This document shows, one piece after another, positions 32,001 through 44,111 of a stretch of DNA of 64,000 nt. Origin of the DNA: Selaginella moellendorffii (lineage: Eukaryota; Plantae; Lycopodiophyta); the NCBI RefSeq assembly GCF_000143415.4, contig NW_003314263.1, positions 3,164,041-3,228,040 on the forward strand, given 5' to 3'. Position numbers and translations under genes: made by a program. The notes under the pieces are model-generated. The model worked only from the letters and a program-made list of their open reading frames with translations. It made no database searches and was not told where the DNA came from. Position 1 is the first letter of the stretch; every line of letters starts with the position of its first letter.

Positions 32001-32856
32001 CAACTCGAGGCTCTTACCTTTCATGGTACAAATGGCCCGACATCTCTTGGACCAGCAGGGGCCGAGCCAACGCCGTGTTCTCGCAAAATCCTTACAGACG
32101 TTCCTCCAGGCATCGCCTCCCGAGACTGACGCCACCACTACTCCTCTTTCGAGAACCATCTCCAGCCCCGGCACGCCGGCCAGATCGGACGAGACAGTGC
32201 AGTATATGATGGTCCAGTCGCTGCTGCTACAATCCCACGACGAGTGGCAACAGCACAGGAAAACGTTTCTCCAACGAGGTGCTGTCCATGCCTACATGCT
32301 ACACAAACAGGGAAGAGTGCTGCTCCAGCCGGCTTCTCCTCTTCCTGCCTCGACATCGCCATCTCCAGCGGCCAGGAACCCGATAGAGTTTGCTCTGAGC
32401 TTCAGCCCGGCAGCGGATATCAAGAGAACAGCGAGCTCGGGAGGACTCCAAGCTACATCAACTCCATCGCTCAGCAGCGAGCAGCTGTTTAGCATCCTCC
32501 AGCCGATGCTGGTGTTTATCGGGATCATCGATCAGCTCCAGAGATTTTTCAAGAGCCGGAGTGGTAGCGTCGTCGCCAACAGGAGTAGCAGCGGGAGTAG
32601 CAGTAGCAGCAGCGCCGGTGGAACTACCGACGATGGAACTGAGGCGTGGGAGGCCACGATGAAGGAGAAGCTCCGGGACGTGAGCGCCATGCTCGCCTTC
32701 TCCAAGGATTTGCTCGAGTGGCTGGAGGATATGCAGAGCTCGGCGGATCTGCAAGAGGCTCTGGACGTGATGGGGGCTCTGGGAGATGCTTTCTCGGCTG
32801 GTTTCTCGTCCTGCGACGAGTTTTTCAGGGACGCTCTCGGCTTGGCATCGCTTTGA
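17009..32856 (+). CDS. BIG: BIG / UBR4 (auxin transport protein, giant E3 ligase), multi-exon
   Basis: UBR box ([32 protein letters not shown], ~21.6 kb), ZZ finger ([18 protein letters not shown], ~24.9 kb), Cys-rich CPRC..CSNC..CRQC (~27.4 kb), C-terminal [18 protein letters not shown]. Long ORFs are joined by short GT-AG introns. Confidence 0.95.
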
Positions 32857-33207
32857 AAATGATCTTCCTATATTCCCAGGGACCATGAAGAAAAAAGAAA
32901 AATCTCCATCGGTACGTAGCTCAGAAAGTTTCCGGTAGCATTATATGATGCATTTCTTTTTTGTAGTGTATCTGAGAGGGGATTGTATATAAAAGAGCTA
33001 TACGCTGTTCAGTTAAATAAGGAAGTACGTAATTAACTTGTCTATTCCTTGCCAAATATTTTGGGACACCATTGCATGCTTTGAAACTTAGTTAGTTTCT
33101 TTAGTTGGTTCCACTCTAATTTTTTTTGTTGCTGAGATTTTCTTGTGGTGATATGCTTCTGTGTACGAATTATGTCCATTATGAAGTCTTATTGGCCTGG
33201 GCATGTA

Positions 33208-33710
33208 TCAAAACCTTGTTTCCAGTTTCATGTTCTTTGAATGAAGAATCGTGCAGCGCGTTTGCAAGTTCAGCAACTGTAGCCTCAGCTACAGCTTCAA
33301 CATGCAGGTTGGCTTCTCTTATATACCGAATGCTTTTACTCGCAAGGTTTTTGTAATAGATGCTGGTAAGCAGCAGTGGATGTATGTTGCAGGGGCAAAG
33401 AAAATAAGAAACGGAGCAGGGAGAATTGTCCTGGATCGAGCAGATTTCTCGGCCTTTCAAGCTCTTGGAGCAACGGTTCCGCATTCACTGTCACAGTCTT
33501 TATATCCCAGTGTTGAGAGGCCTCAGGCCGAGACAGACGAGATGGCCATATCTCCAAAGCAAGACGAGGGCAAGGCCGACGTTCATAGCACTGACAGTAA
33601 TTATGCAAGAAAATGGTAACCATGGCTCCAATGCGTTGGAGGCTTGTGGAAAAGAAGGCCAAGGACTCGATCTTGCTGCTGTCACATCTTAGATCTGGAA
33701 ACAAGGTTAC
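33208..33710. pseudogene. Second TEBICHI fragment with an internal inversion
   Basis: 33231-33300 matches 2881-2950 in the same orientation; 33301-33710 matches the reverse complement of ~2505-2882 (GAKKIRNGAGRIVLDRA). Confidence 0.75.
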
Positions 33711-33857
33711 GAGAGTAAAGTAATATCCCGAGAATACTATTTGTAAGAAAAAAAGAAACTGTTTCTTCTCCAAACGCTGCTGACGGTGTGAAATCTCTGT
33801 TTTCGTTTTTTAATGTCCTGCTTGTGATGCAAAATAGTGTAGCATTTGCGCAGATCT

Positions 33858-36800
33858 TCAAGAGCTTATCTGGAGATCCGGCCGTTCCACAAGCCAAGGT
33901 GGAACTTTCGTACCTTTTGGGCACCATAAGAATTTGAGCCTTGGAAATAAGCCAAGGCCGTGATTGTCTGGACTCAATTGGGGCCACACTACAGCATCAT
34001 GATCAGGGAACACAAGTTCCTCCAATCCTGGAAGAGATGCAATGGATGATGGAATATCTTTCCCAGAGAAGCGCACACGTCTTAAAAGAGTCATCTGGTC
34101 TGTTGGCTCAAAGAAATCATTGGGGAGCTGCCTCATACAGCCCTTCCGCAAATATAATATGAACTGTTTCACCTTCAGCTGTGATCTCTCGGTTGGCATC
34201 AAGACTCTCCTCATGTAACCTTCTATTCTCAGTTCATCAAGCTCTTTGGGGAGTTGTGTCACAAAGAGAGGCAAATGCTCCCATGTATTATCAAGAGCCA
34301 CAAGGAATGTTAACCTCTCCAGGTTTGGAAGACTTGCTGCCAAATCATCCTTGAACTCCGACTGTGCAATGCGCAGATTTCGAAGCTCCAGATGTTCGAG
34401 GCATGGGAACAATCCATCGAGACTGAAGAACTGGATATCACTGCAGTCTATCTCAAGTTCTCGTAGCCGTTGAAAGCCCTTTAGCCAAGACAGGTCTTTG
34501 ATGCTCCTGATGGTTAAAAATTGTAGCTGTGGCCATTCAAGGGTTTCGGCATTGTTTTCACCGTCTTGTACCCTCCCGGTAATGGAAAAGTCCTCAAGCT
34601 GTTTGGAATTCTTAAACATTCGCTTCCAGTCAAGTTTGATAGTCGATATCACCCTAACGTGACATCGTCTTAGATTGACAAGTTGCCACAGGCCGGTGAA
34701 ATCGCCAAAGTCCATGCTTTTTGCCCGCAACTCCAGTGTCTCAATGTCCTCTAGTGCACCAAGGCCGTGAGGTATTTTTATTGTTGCACTACAGAGTACT
34801 AGCGTTAAATGTCTTAGCTTGTGTAGGCTTGAAATTCCACTCAAATCCACAGCTAACTCCTTATTGGCATAAAGCTCCAGCTCTTCCAAGTTGAATAATT
34901 GGCGCAGTAATGCAAAGTTGAATTTTCTGATGTTATTGCATTTCAAAACCTTCAGTGATGTCAAGCTGAAGAGCGCATCTGGTAATATTGTCACACTTGA
35001 ATATCGAAGGTCAAGCGCTTGAAGGTTTCTCAGCTTGGATATGCTCTCTGCAATAAAACGGACCTGATCATAGCAGTGAAGCAAGCTCAATACCTTGACA
35101 TTTTGGATGTGATCTATAATAAGACTGACATCCACACCAGAAGTTCCATGACATCCATCGAGAAGCAAGACATCTCGCACATGAATGTCAGACAAAAGGC
35201 TGTATGTAACCTTCTTTCCAATGAATGAAACTTTAGAAAATGTTGGAGAAATCCCAGGTGGACAATCATAGCCAAACAGGCATCCCTTCTCGTGCTCTTC
35301 CTGGGGTGGGTACTTCCCTTTCAAGATTCTTATGCACAGCTTGCGTACCATATCGTGCACAGTTACATACTTATACCATCGAATCTGATTCTCGAATCTG
35401 AATCGAGAATCAGTTGTCTTCACTAGGCATCTTCGTTCCAGTTCACTAACAATCTGCAGAGGCGAGAGTTCTGACCCAACCGCTATCCAACATTTTCTCA
35501 GATCATCAAACAGGATTCGCTTATCTTCTGGAAACGCAGCCACATAGAGAAAGCACTCTTGCAGCTTTTCATCCTTATTAAAGCGTCCCAGCTCGTCATA
35601 GCTAAACTTCAAGCGCTGGAACATCCGCTTCTCAATGTCCCCGTCATTCAACAAATGCATCTTCTGATAGCGTTCTTTCCACACCTGTGGCCCCTCATTC
35701 CTGTAGACAGCCATGGCACTGCCAATCACTTCAAGAGCTAAAGGGAGCCCCTCACATTTGCTAGCTATTCTCTCGGCAACTTTCACAATGTCCGGATCAC
35801 TAGGTAGTGAATCATAAAAGGCAAACTTCCAAAACATCTTTTTGCTCTCGTCCTCTGATAGCTCATGCACAGGAAATGCCTTTGCACCCAGCATGCTCAA
35901 AATGCCTTCCTTTCTGGTTGTTACCAGCACCCGGCTGTAAGAGGACGGCCCTGCTATAAAATCCAGTCCCTTGGCCCAGCTCATGTCCCACACATCATCC
36001 AGTATCAGCAAGACACAAATTCCACGAGCAACATTTTGTGCCAAGTGCTGCACATGCTCAAGGGTGCCTGCATTTTGGGCCCTCTCTCTCATGCCGCCCC
36101 ATTCAAGAGCGTTGAGGAGCTGGGCCCTGAGATCATCCTCCGATGCATCTTTCTTGACAGTGATCCACACAATGTTGTCATGGAAATGCTGCCGGATCCT
36201 CTCGTCATTGTGCACGAAGCTTGCAAGGGTGGTCTTGCCACACCCTCCCATTCCCAGGAGTCCAAACCATTTCCCCGGGGCTTGTGGATCCAGGAGGGCA
36301 TTCACCACCTCATCCAGCTGCTCCCCATGGCGGCCAAACATGTCGTTGGGCTCGGGAACACCACGCCGTACATAGTTTACGAGACCTCTGTCTTGTGGAC
36401 AACTCCGTACGGAAAAGCTGGTGCTCGGCTGTATCACTCTCAACTCTACTCGCTCGTACCTTTCAATCTGCGGGAGGAGATCGTCCTCGCAAGTGCGTAC
36501 CAGCTCCGAAATTGCGCCAGATCGCTTCTCCCTGCGCGACAGATCCATCTTTTAGCTTCATTGCTTCAAACATGAATCCGAATAAGCCTTACTGTGATCC
36601 AAGAAGCGCTTGCGCCTTCTTAGTCCATTCAGTCAGTTCAGTCAGCCACGCCTCAGCCTCACCAGAGTAGCGGAAATCTGGATTCCTGTGCTTGGGAGCA
36701 TTAAACTTGTCAAGCGTGGCCTGGATTCTGGATGCCCTCTTCTTTAGCTCCTCAATGTGGACATTCAGCTCATGCTCGTGACCTTGGATCTGCGACAGGA

Positions 36801-37209
36801 GATCGTCGTAGGCACTTAAGGACTTTGCGATCTCGTTACTCCGCTTGTACCTATAGGAAGTGGAGAAGTTCAACCAGCTGCCTGCCATTTCTACACACAC
36901 ACAAAAGATAAAATGCTACTGTACCAACCGCTTTATGGGCCCCCAGATCCTGTTGTGGCGTGATCCCAAGAGTGCTTGTGCCTTGGTGTTCCATTCCTTG
37001 ACACGCTCCAAGCATTCCTCGGCCGCTTGAGAGAACATAAAGCCAGGTCCATTTCGCTCCTTGTGGCGACCGAAAGCGTTCATCTTGTCTTGGATGTGGT
37101 GTGCCTTGTTCTCCAGCGTTTCAATGTTGGCATTGCAGTCCCATATCTTCTTAGCAGGGCCCAGAGCCAAGCCACACAAGGCGCTTGCCAAGGAGCCCAC
37201 AACCTCCAT
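33858..37209 (-). CDS. NB-ARC-LRR (NLR) immune receptor with a duplicated N-terminal coiled-coil-like region; predicted 3 exons, ~1079 aa
   Basis: P-loop GMGGCGKTT, kinase-2 LLILDDVW, SRVLVTTR, GLPLAL, VHD and LRRs in the 896-aa ORF. Proposed in-frame exons 37209-36929, 36877-36593, 36531-33858; the upstream splice model is inferred. Confidence 0.85.
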
Positions 37210-38606
37210 TCCTCGTCTCCCAGAACTCTTGGCCTTGGTATCCCCTCTTAAAATGAACAGTAATTTTCAGAGAGGTATAAGCTGTTACAAGTGACTTCAG
37301 TTTAATTGGAGTTGATTGCTTGCAGTCGCTTGCAGTACGTTTGTCGCTTTGTTTTAGTTGCACACAGATAAGGATGCCTTCCAGCTGACTGTTTGATTGC
37401 GTTGGGTCAAGAAAACGTACTTTGGGTCTTTTGAGGCGCATTGACAAACTCGTATTAACATCGATTGAAGAGACAACGTTTCAGTCGTTGATGGAGCTTC
37501 TAAAGGTAACTCTTCCCAAAAAGTTAAAACACAGTTGGCTTGGTTGTTCTCATAGCATTGTTTTGTTTTGTAGACACCAAAAGACTTAAATGTCTACACT
37601 CGTTGACCACCAGAGGTAATAGCAAGGCAACGTGTGATACAATCTGTGACATTTTCTTGAAACAGGAAATGCCAATTCAAAATTCGAACAGAAGCTTTTG
37701 CTTATACCTGATTCTGAGGTTGATCACAGATCACAGTTGCAAACTACACATATGTTTATTGCTATAGTTTCCATACACCAGGAACCTGAAGGGTTGGAAG
37801 ACACTACTATAAGTTCTTGCAGTTCGCAACATTCTCCTAATTATGGTTTTTCTTAAGACATAGTTTTTTTATGTTTGATATAGCTTTCAATATAGTGAAT
37901 ATGGTTTAGCAATCTGATTCTTATCATCCCATTGTTCACTATTTTTGAGACTAGAAATGTATATAGTTTATTTTGTAATGGAAAACAATATACTTTTGAA
38001 CTAGGATAGTTTATATGTTTTAATATACTTTGGAACTTGATTTATAATATTAAGGACATCAAGAATTATTTTAAAATTGGACTAAAGCTTGGTTTTCCTT
38101 ATGGATGACATTGTAGTTGATGATTTCATGAACAATAGACCAATGAGAATGGGAGTGTGTTATCTTCCTTCCAAACCCATTTTCAACTACATATAAAAAA
38201 TGTACATTCATGTGTAATTTATCCATGATAGTATTCTTTTGATAAGACTATAGGTTGTGCTGTTTAACAACTCTTGTGATGTTTTCAACTGAAACTTTTA
38301 TGAAGAAATTCCCACACTTCAGTAAAAAAACAAACAAATTTATATTGTTCTTATTTGCTGTTGAATATCCTTTCCTAATTCTATATGAATTGGGATTGTT
38401 GGCTACAACTTCCATCCATATGACATATAAATATTCTATTGCAAACACCTTTACCATATATCAATTCTTCCTTGGATCCTCATAATATAACCAATTGCCA
38501 ATTCTATAGGATTGTCCTTATAGTGGGCACCTCTTAGAAATTTGTGATAAATTACATCCAAAACTAAATAAGAGTAGTTCCAAACATTGTTATAGTATGG
38601 CACAAT

Positions 38607-39353
38607 TGTAAGCAACCAAAGAGAACGACTCGAGAGACGATCCATGGGGTTCAAATATAAAAGGAAAGGGCCCATGAACAAGAGTGCACCCCCTTTTCCA
38701 ATCGGTTAAGGGTCTTGGGATACTTGGGGTTAAGTGTCCTTGGGTTTGAATAGTACTGGGTTGGGTGACCTCCCGGGAAGTCCAAATTCAGGAGCTTACA
38801 TTTGGTATCAGAGGGGTCTTGGGTTCGACTCTGTTGGTTAGCTAGGGGAATCACACCACATGTTAATTGACATCTGGCTGGTCCAGTTTGCTCCCACTGG
38901 GCTACCCGAGGGGTAGGGTGTCAAGAGAGCCCCGACTCTGTTGGTTAGCTAGGGCAATTAACATCTGGCTAGTCCAGGGGAATCACACCACATGTTAATT
39001 GACATCTGGCTGGTCTAGTTTGCTCCCACTGGGCTCGACCCGAGGGTAGGGTAGCTGTGGCTCTCCCGAGAGCCACAGCTCTCGGGATGTGGCTCTCAGG
39101 AGAGCTGTGGCTCTCAGCTTCCGTTCACGAGGGCGTGAACTTGTAGGGAAGCGTGGTGGATTGTAAGCAACCAAAGGGAATGACTCGAGAGACGATCCAT
39201 GGGGTTCAAATATAGAGGGAAAGGGCCCATAAACAAGAGTGCACCCCCTTTTCCAATCGGTTAAGGGTCTTGGGATACTTGGGGTAGCGTCCTTGGGTTT
39301 GAATAGTACTGGGCTGGGTGACCTCCTGAGAAGTCCAAATTCAAGAGCTTACA
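38607..39353 (+). mobile_element. Cassandra-like TRIM #1 (5S-rRNA-derived segment in LTRs)
   Basis: LTRs 38607-38800 and 39162-39353 (TG..CA). PBS TGGTATCAGAG at 38803, purine-rich PPT before 39162, 5-bp TSD ACAAT. The LTR carries GTTAAGTGTCCTTGGGTTTGAATAGTACTGGGTTGGGTGACCTCCCGGGAAGTCC, which is 5S-like. Confidence 0.9.
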
Positions 39354-39792
39354 ACAATGCAAACTTCTTTAACTAAAGCATCCACTAGTAAGATGTAAGT
39401 ATGTAACCGGATATTCTCTAAAGCTAAAATATAAGAACTTATGTGGTGATATTTCATTAAAGTTCTTCTTGGTCCATCTATATAATAACTAAGAAAAATT
39501 ATTAGTTTCTACCAAAGAAATAGATAGATAGACAATTTCTCACTAGTAGTATTTAGCATAGATAAAGACTTCAATTGCACCCTTAATCCCAACTAAGAAT
39601 ATCTTTATAATTTGAGCAAAACATGGAAAACCATACAATTATAAGCATGAAATATAATATGATTATTACAAACCTGAATTGTGTGGATCCACCATAATTG
39701 TGTTTTGCTTTTGCATTATAGTATATATAGCCACAATTCCTAGCTCTTCCTCCTCCAAAACATCTTCTTCAACCAAATTATCATTAGGTAAA

Positions 39793-40550
39793 CTATCCAC
39801 CTTGTGACAACGACCATAACTCCATCCACACTAGAATTTCCTCTGGCAGCCTAGATTGGCCGTCCTGCCGTTCCTCCAGGCTCTCCACCATCGCTAAAAC
39901 GATAGCGTTCTTTGATCTAAGCTGGAAGAAAATGAAACATTCAAGCAAACAAGGCGAAATAAATGAACCACCTTGTAAGCCCAGTACTCGTGAGTTGCCC
40001 GTGGATCCAAGACCCTGCAAACAAAAGAATGAGCTGAGATCGCAATTTTCTTCTTCGCAAAACTAGGCCTAGACCTCGGAGAGAAATGCCACTGCGCCTT
40101 GTTCATCATCCACTGTCCAGAGCGGCCGTGGTGATGAATTCATCTCGCACTGGACGAGATTGCTGTGTATGCCGATGCTGCGCCATTGCTCTAATATTTC
40201 GCTCCTCCTTGGCGACTGAAATGCATATACATTGGTGCCAGCGTCGCCGTCCTTCCATCGATTGGCGATCTAGCAAGCATCGCTCCCAGCTATAAAAACC
40301 CTAGATGAGGAATCCAAGCACAAGCGCGAGTGCCTTTTGAAAATTGTGGTGCTATAAAATCTTGACACGCTCGTGGCGCAATCCTCACCGTCAGTTCATC
40401 CACTGTTACTGCTCTCTCTCTCTCTCTCTCTCTAGCTAGGAAGTTCTCGCTACATGTAGCTCCTAGGATTTTGGAGTGTGATAGCACAATATATGTACTC
40501 ATTTGATCATTTTTATTGGCTAGCTCTTTCTTTCAAGAGAAGCTGGCCAG
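39793..40550 (-). pseudogene. Degenerate IMPACT exons 1-3 plus upstream sequence (third copy), cut by an LTR insertion
   Basis: Aligns to 6159-6750 with an in-frame stop (TAT>TAG) and indels, and to 1-558; ends exactly at the LTR start 40551. Confidence 0.8.
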
Positions 40551-42012
40551 TGTCGAGAATGTAACTTCGGGTATCAAAAGTTATTTGTCGGTTAGTCTTT
40601 ACGGACACTTTTTCTTTGTTGCCATGATGGCAGGAAGTCGGTATTGCTGGACCCTTTATCAACTTCTCTTGTGCTAGTGGAGTTAACTAAGCATTTCGAG
40701 TATATTTAGACTGGACGAGCATAAGGACGGAATTCCTATGTGTTATTAGCTAAGCATACTTAGCCTGGTAAGGAGTTCCTGTCTCATTTTATCTTGCACT
40801 TGCTAGTGATAGAAACCCTTGCGTATTGAGACTAGTCCCTCAATATTGCTAGATGATAGCTTACTGTGTCTGCCAAACACCCTCGCTATCATGCCCTTTG
40901 TGTTAGTCTCATTTCGTTCCCAAATGCTATTTATGGAAAGTGTTTAGATTTGCTCATTTGGCATATATATGAAATGTAGAGATTGGCCTAAACACAATGG
41001 TGTTTGTCCCGTGTCCAAATTCACAACTTAGTGCCATTCCATATTTAGTAAGTTTCGAACTTATCCCTTGGGGTGAAAGCCCAAAGTGTGTGTTCCTCAA
41101 GAAGGGGGGGGGGGGGGGGGTTCCAAATGTATAATAGGGATAGTGGGTAGATTGGGCATGGTTGACTAGCTTGAGGCATAGTCTAGCTCCCACTTGCGTG
41201 CCTGTCCTTGTTCTGTGTCTGGCTTGGGTCTAAGCCCAAGCTCCACACCATGCTAGCTGGTGGAGTACCCATATCCTTGCGTTAGGCCACCAGTATGCCG
41301 AAATAGCGCCAGACTCTGTTTGGCTCCGTTTTGCGTGCTGGTCCTGGCATTGGGATGCTGGATACTCTAAGACTGTTCCAAGTCGCTCCATGCTCTTGTT
41401 CCTTCACTCCTTGGGCTGCATGCTTGGGAGTTGCTCTGTGGTTCGGTTCTGCCACTCCTTGGCTCCATGCTTAGGAGTTTGGCTCCATACTTTTGTTCAA
41501 TGGCCCAAGGCTTTGAAACTTGGGTTCCACACCACTGTCCTTGGACACGTGGCATGTGTCACGTGGTATAAAGAGGGTTTAGGTTCCGCTTCTTGGCGTT
41601 ATCCTATGGTAAATCACCATAGGATAAAGGGTCAAAACCACGTGCGCTACATTTGGTATCAGAGGATGAGTCTCGGCGAGTACTGTCTAATGAGATTGGG
41701 CAACTAGTCTCATTGCATATGCAGAGATGAAAACGATGATCCGAGTGGGTACATGTTCGGGTGCAAAGGCTTCGCAATCGTTCCTTAGGATGGATTTGAG
41801 GTGTACCATTTTGCATGAGTTTTTGCTTGGGCTTGTGAGTGAGGCACATTAGCAACTCAAGGATACACTTTGACTTGGCAGGATTAATGTTGGTTCCATG
41901 AGTTGTTCTAGTGGTTCCATGAGTTGTTCCATATACCATAGGTGTGAGTAAACTTTCTCTGGGTTTGCTATGAGTGGCAAATAGGCTAGTCTATAGCTGT
42001 TTAGCACGGCAC

Positions 42013-43809
42013 TGTGAGACACAAAATCCCTAGGCCCCAAAGTGGAGCCAGAAGGGTGCCACATGGTAATGGCCAAAGTGAAAGCCAAACAAGCGTAACA
42101 CATTTGGACCAAAAGCTCCGACTTGAAAGGTCGAGAGCGGGAGTGGAACTCCCAACGAAGTGCTCGAGGAACAAGCATGAAGTGAGAGATAAGTGAGTCT
42201 CTAGAAAAGGGACCCGAGGTGGACCCGAGATGGACCTGAGATGGAGTCGAGATGGACCTGAGATGGATCCAAGACGGAGTCCAAGATGGAGTCTGAGATG
42301 GAGTCTGAGGTGGACCCGAGATGGACCCGAGATGGACCCGAGACGGAGTCTGAGATGGAGTTCGAGATGGAGTCCGAGATGGACCCGAAATGGAGTCCGA
42401 GATGGAGTCCGAGATGGACCCGAGATGGACCCGAAATGGAGTCCGAGATGGACCTGAAATGGAGTCCGAGATGGACCTGAAATGGAGTCCGAGATGGACC
42501 CGAGATGGACCCGAAATGGAGTCCGAGATGGAGTCCGAGGTGGACCCGAGATGGAACCGAAATGGAGTCTGAGATGGAGTCCGAGGTGGACCCGAGATGG
42601 ACCCGAGATGGAGTCCGAGATGGACCCGAGATGGAGTCCGAGATGGACCCAAGATGGAGTCCGAAGTCGAGATCGGGACCGAGACCAAGACCGGGACTGA
42701 GATCGAGACCGGGGCCGAGACTGAGCCTAGCCCGAGTCCGAGCCCGAGTCTGAGTCCAAGTTCGAGTCCAAGTCCAAGTCCGAATCCAAGTCCGAGTTCA
42801 AGTCTGAGAGGGTGAAAGCCCAAAGCGTTCGTCTCCCAGACCCTGGGAGGTTTGGTGACCTCCAAAAGTATAGTAGGGGTAGGACTGCAGTGGAGCCAGT
42901 TTGGCCAGGAAAGGCCAGTTTGGCCCAAGAAGGCCATACCCAGTGTTGGGTGATGAGCCAACCACTGGGAAGTCCAAAACTAGAGTGAACACGGACCGAC
43001 AAGCGGGGTAGCTTGGTGAAGTGTTCAAGAGCCGGTTTAGGGTTTAGACCGGCTCTAGTTCCCCCGGGAGATCGACTGGCCGATGCTCCCAGTCCAAGTG
43101 TGGGTGGCACCACCTACTTGGATACCTGTTGTGGCTCAACGGAACCTCGCTCTAAGCCCATGGCTAGAGCACCAAAAGGCGGAAGGTGGGGAGAGTACCC
43201 ATGAGGCTTGCGTAAGGCCACGGTGTTCTGAAAGGTTGTCCCAAAGTCCCAAACAGTGAAAGGGAAGAGGAGTAGTCCTCTAGTGCAGTGACCAAGGATA
43301 CGGTCACATGGTGAGGAAGTCCCAAAGGATAGTGGGACTTAGAGGTCGGGCTTGCGGGCCTTGATCTAGTGGCAATGTGGGCAAACACGGCCATGGACAA
43401 AAAGGGACTTGGTGGGGACTGGAAAAGAAATGTCGGGGAAGGCTATTCCCTATGTTTGCGGGCATCCTAAGGATGCTAAGGAGTGGATCTGGGATGATCA
43501 CTCACGGACGGATGGCCCAGTTGCCAAGAGACTGGACTATGATGCAGGTGGCGTTAGATCACCGGTGTGACCAAGGTTGAATGGGCATGGCCTTACCTAT
43601 GTCGGTGGTACCTTGGGGTGTCGGTCACGGGATCAGACACGTGGAGCACTTGGACCAAGTGCAAAGGTTGAGAGGCATGGATGCCATTCTCGGGGCTAGC
43701 AAGCCCCAAGTCCTAACTGGGACTTATGGAGGTTGTGAATGAGACTCCTCCAAGTGGTCAGAGGTGCGGTTAAGTGACTAAAGTAAAATTGAAAATTTAG
43801 TCACTTACA
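42013..43809 (+). mobile_element. Family B solo LTR
   Basis: TGTGAGAC...CTTACA with 5-bp TSD GGCAC on both sides; same sequence as the LTRs at 49114-50819 and 60093-61767. Confidence 0.9.
42210..42805 (+). repeat. LTR-internal minisatellite (CCGAGATGGAGT / CCGAGATGGAC units, then GAGACC/GAGTCC hexamers)
   Basis: Mixed 11- and 12-bp units visible directly; source of many spurious ORFs. Confidence 0.9.
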
Positions 43810-44111
43810 GGCACTAGTTGATCCTTCCGAGGCATGATTATAAGTGGATCAATCAAGACTGTAGGGATTAGTCTATTGATTCAAGTAGTCATTGCCGTGC
43901 TCTCTCATAAAATTTTCTTGGATTGGATTGAAGGTAGTGCGAACGCAAGCTTGAGGTTTAGTCAAAGGATGAGACCGAAAAGAGAGTCATCAGGGACGAA
44001 GGATCAAACACGTAAATCATCTTCTCTTCTTGGAGAGATGATTTGCAATGAGGTGTTAACTCATTGCTCGTGTTCACATTATGCAATCAAGAGTCCCTAT
44101 CTTGATGCATG

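Noticed and set aside
38725-38785. 5S rRNA gene
   Set aside because: Only the internal-control half is present, it lies inside LTRs, and it lacks the 5' half and T-run terminator.
37800-39790. AT-rich tract around Cassandra #1 as a DNA transposon or Helitron remnant
   Set aside because: No recognisable termini, TSD or transposase motif.
42210-42660. Possible CRISPR-like array
   Set aside because: Contiguous tandem units with no unique spacers, inside a eukaryotic LTR.
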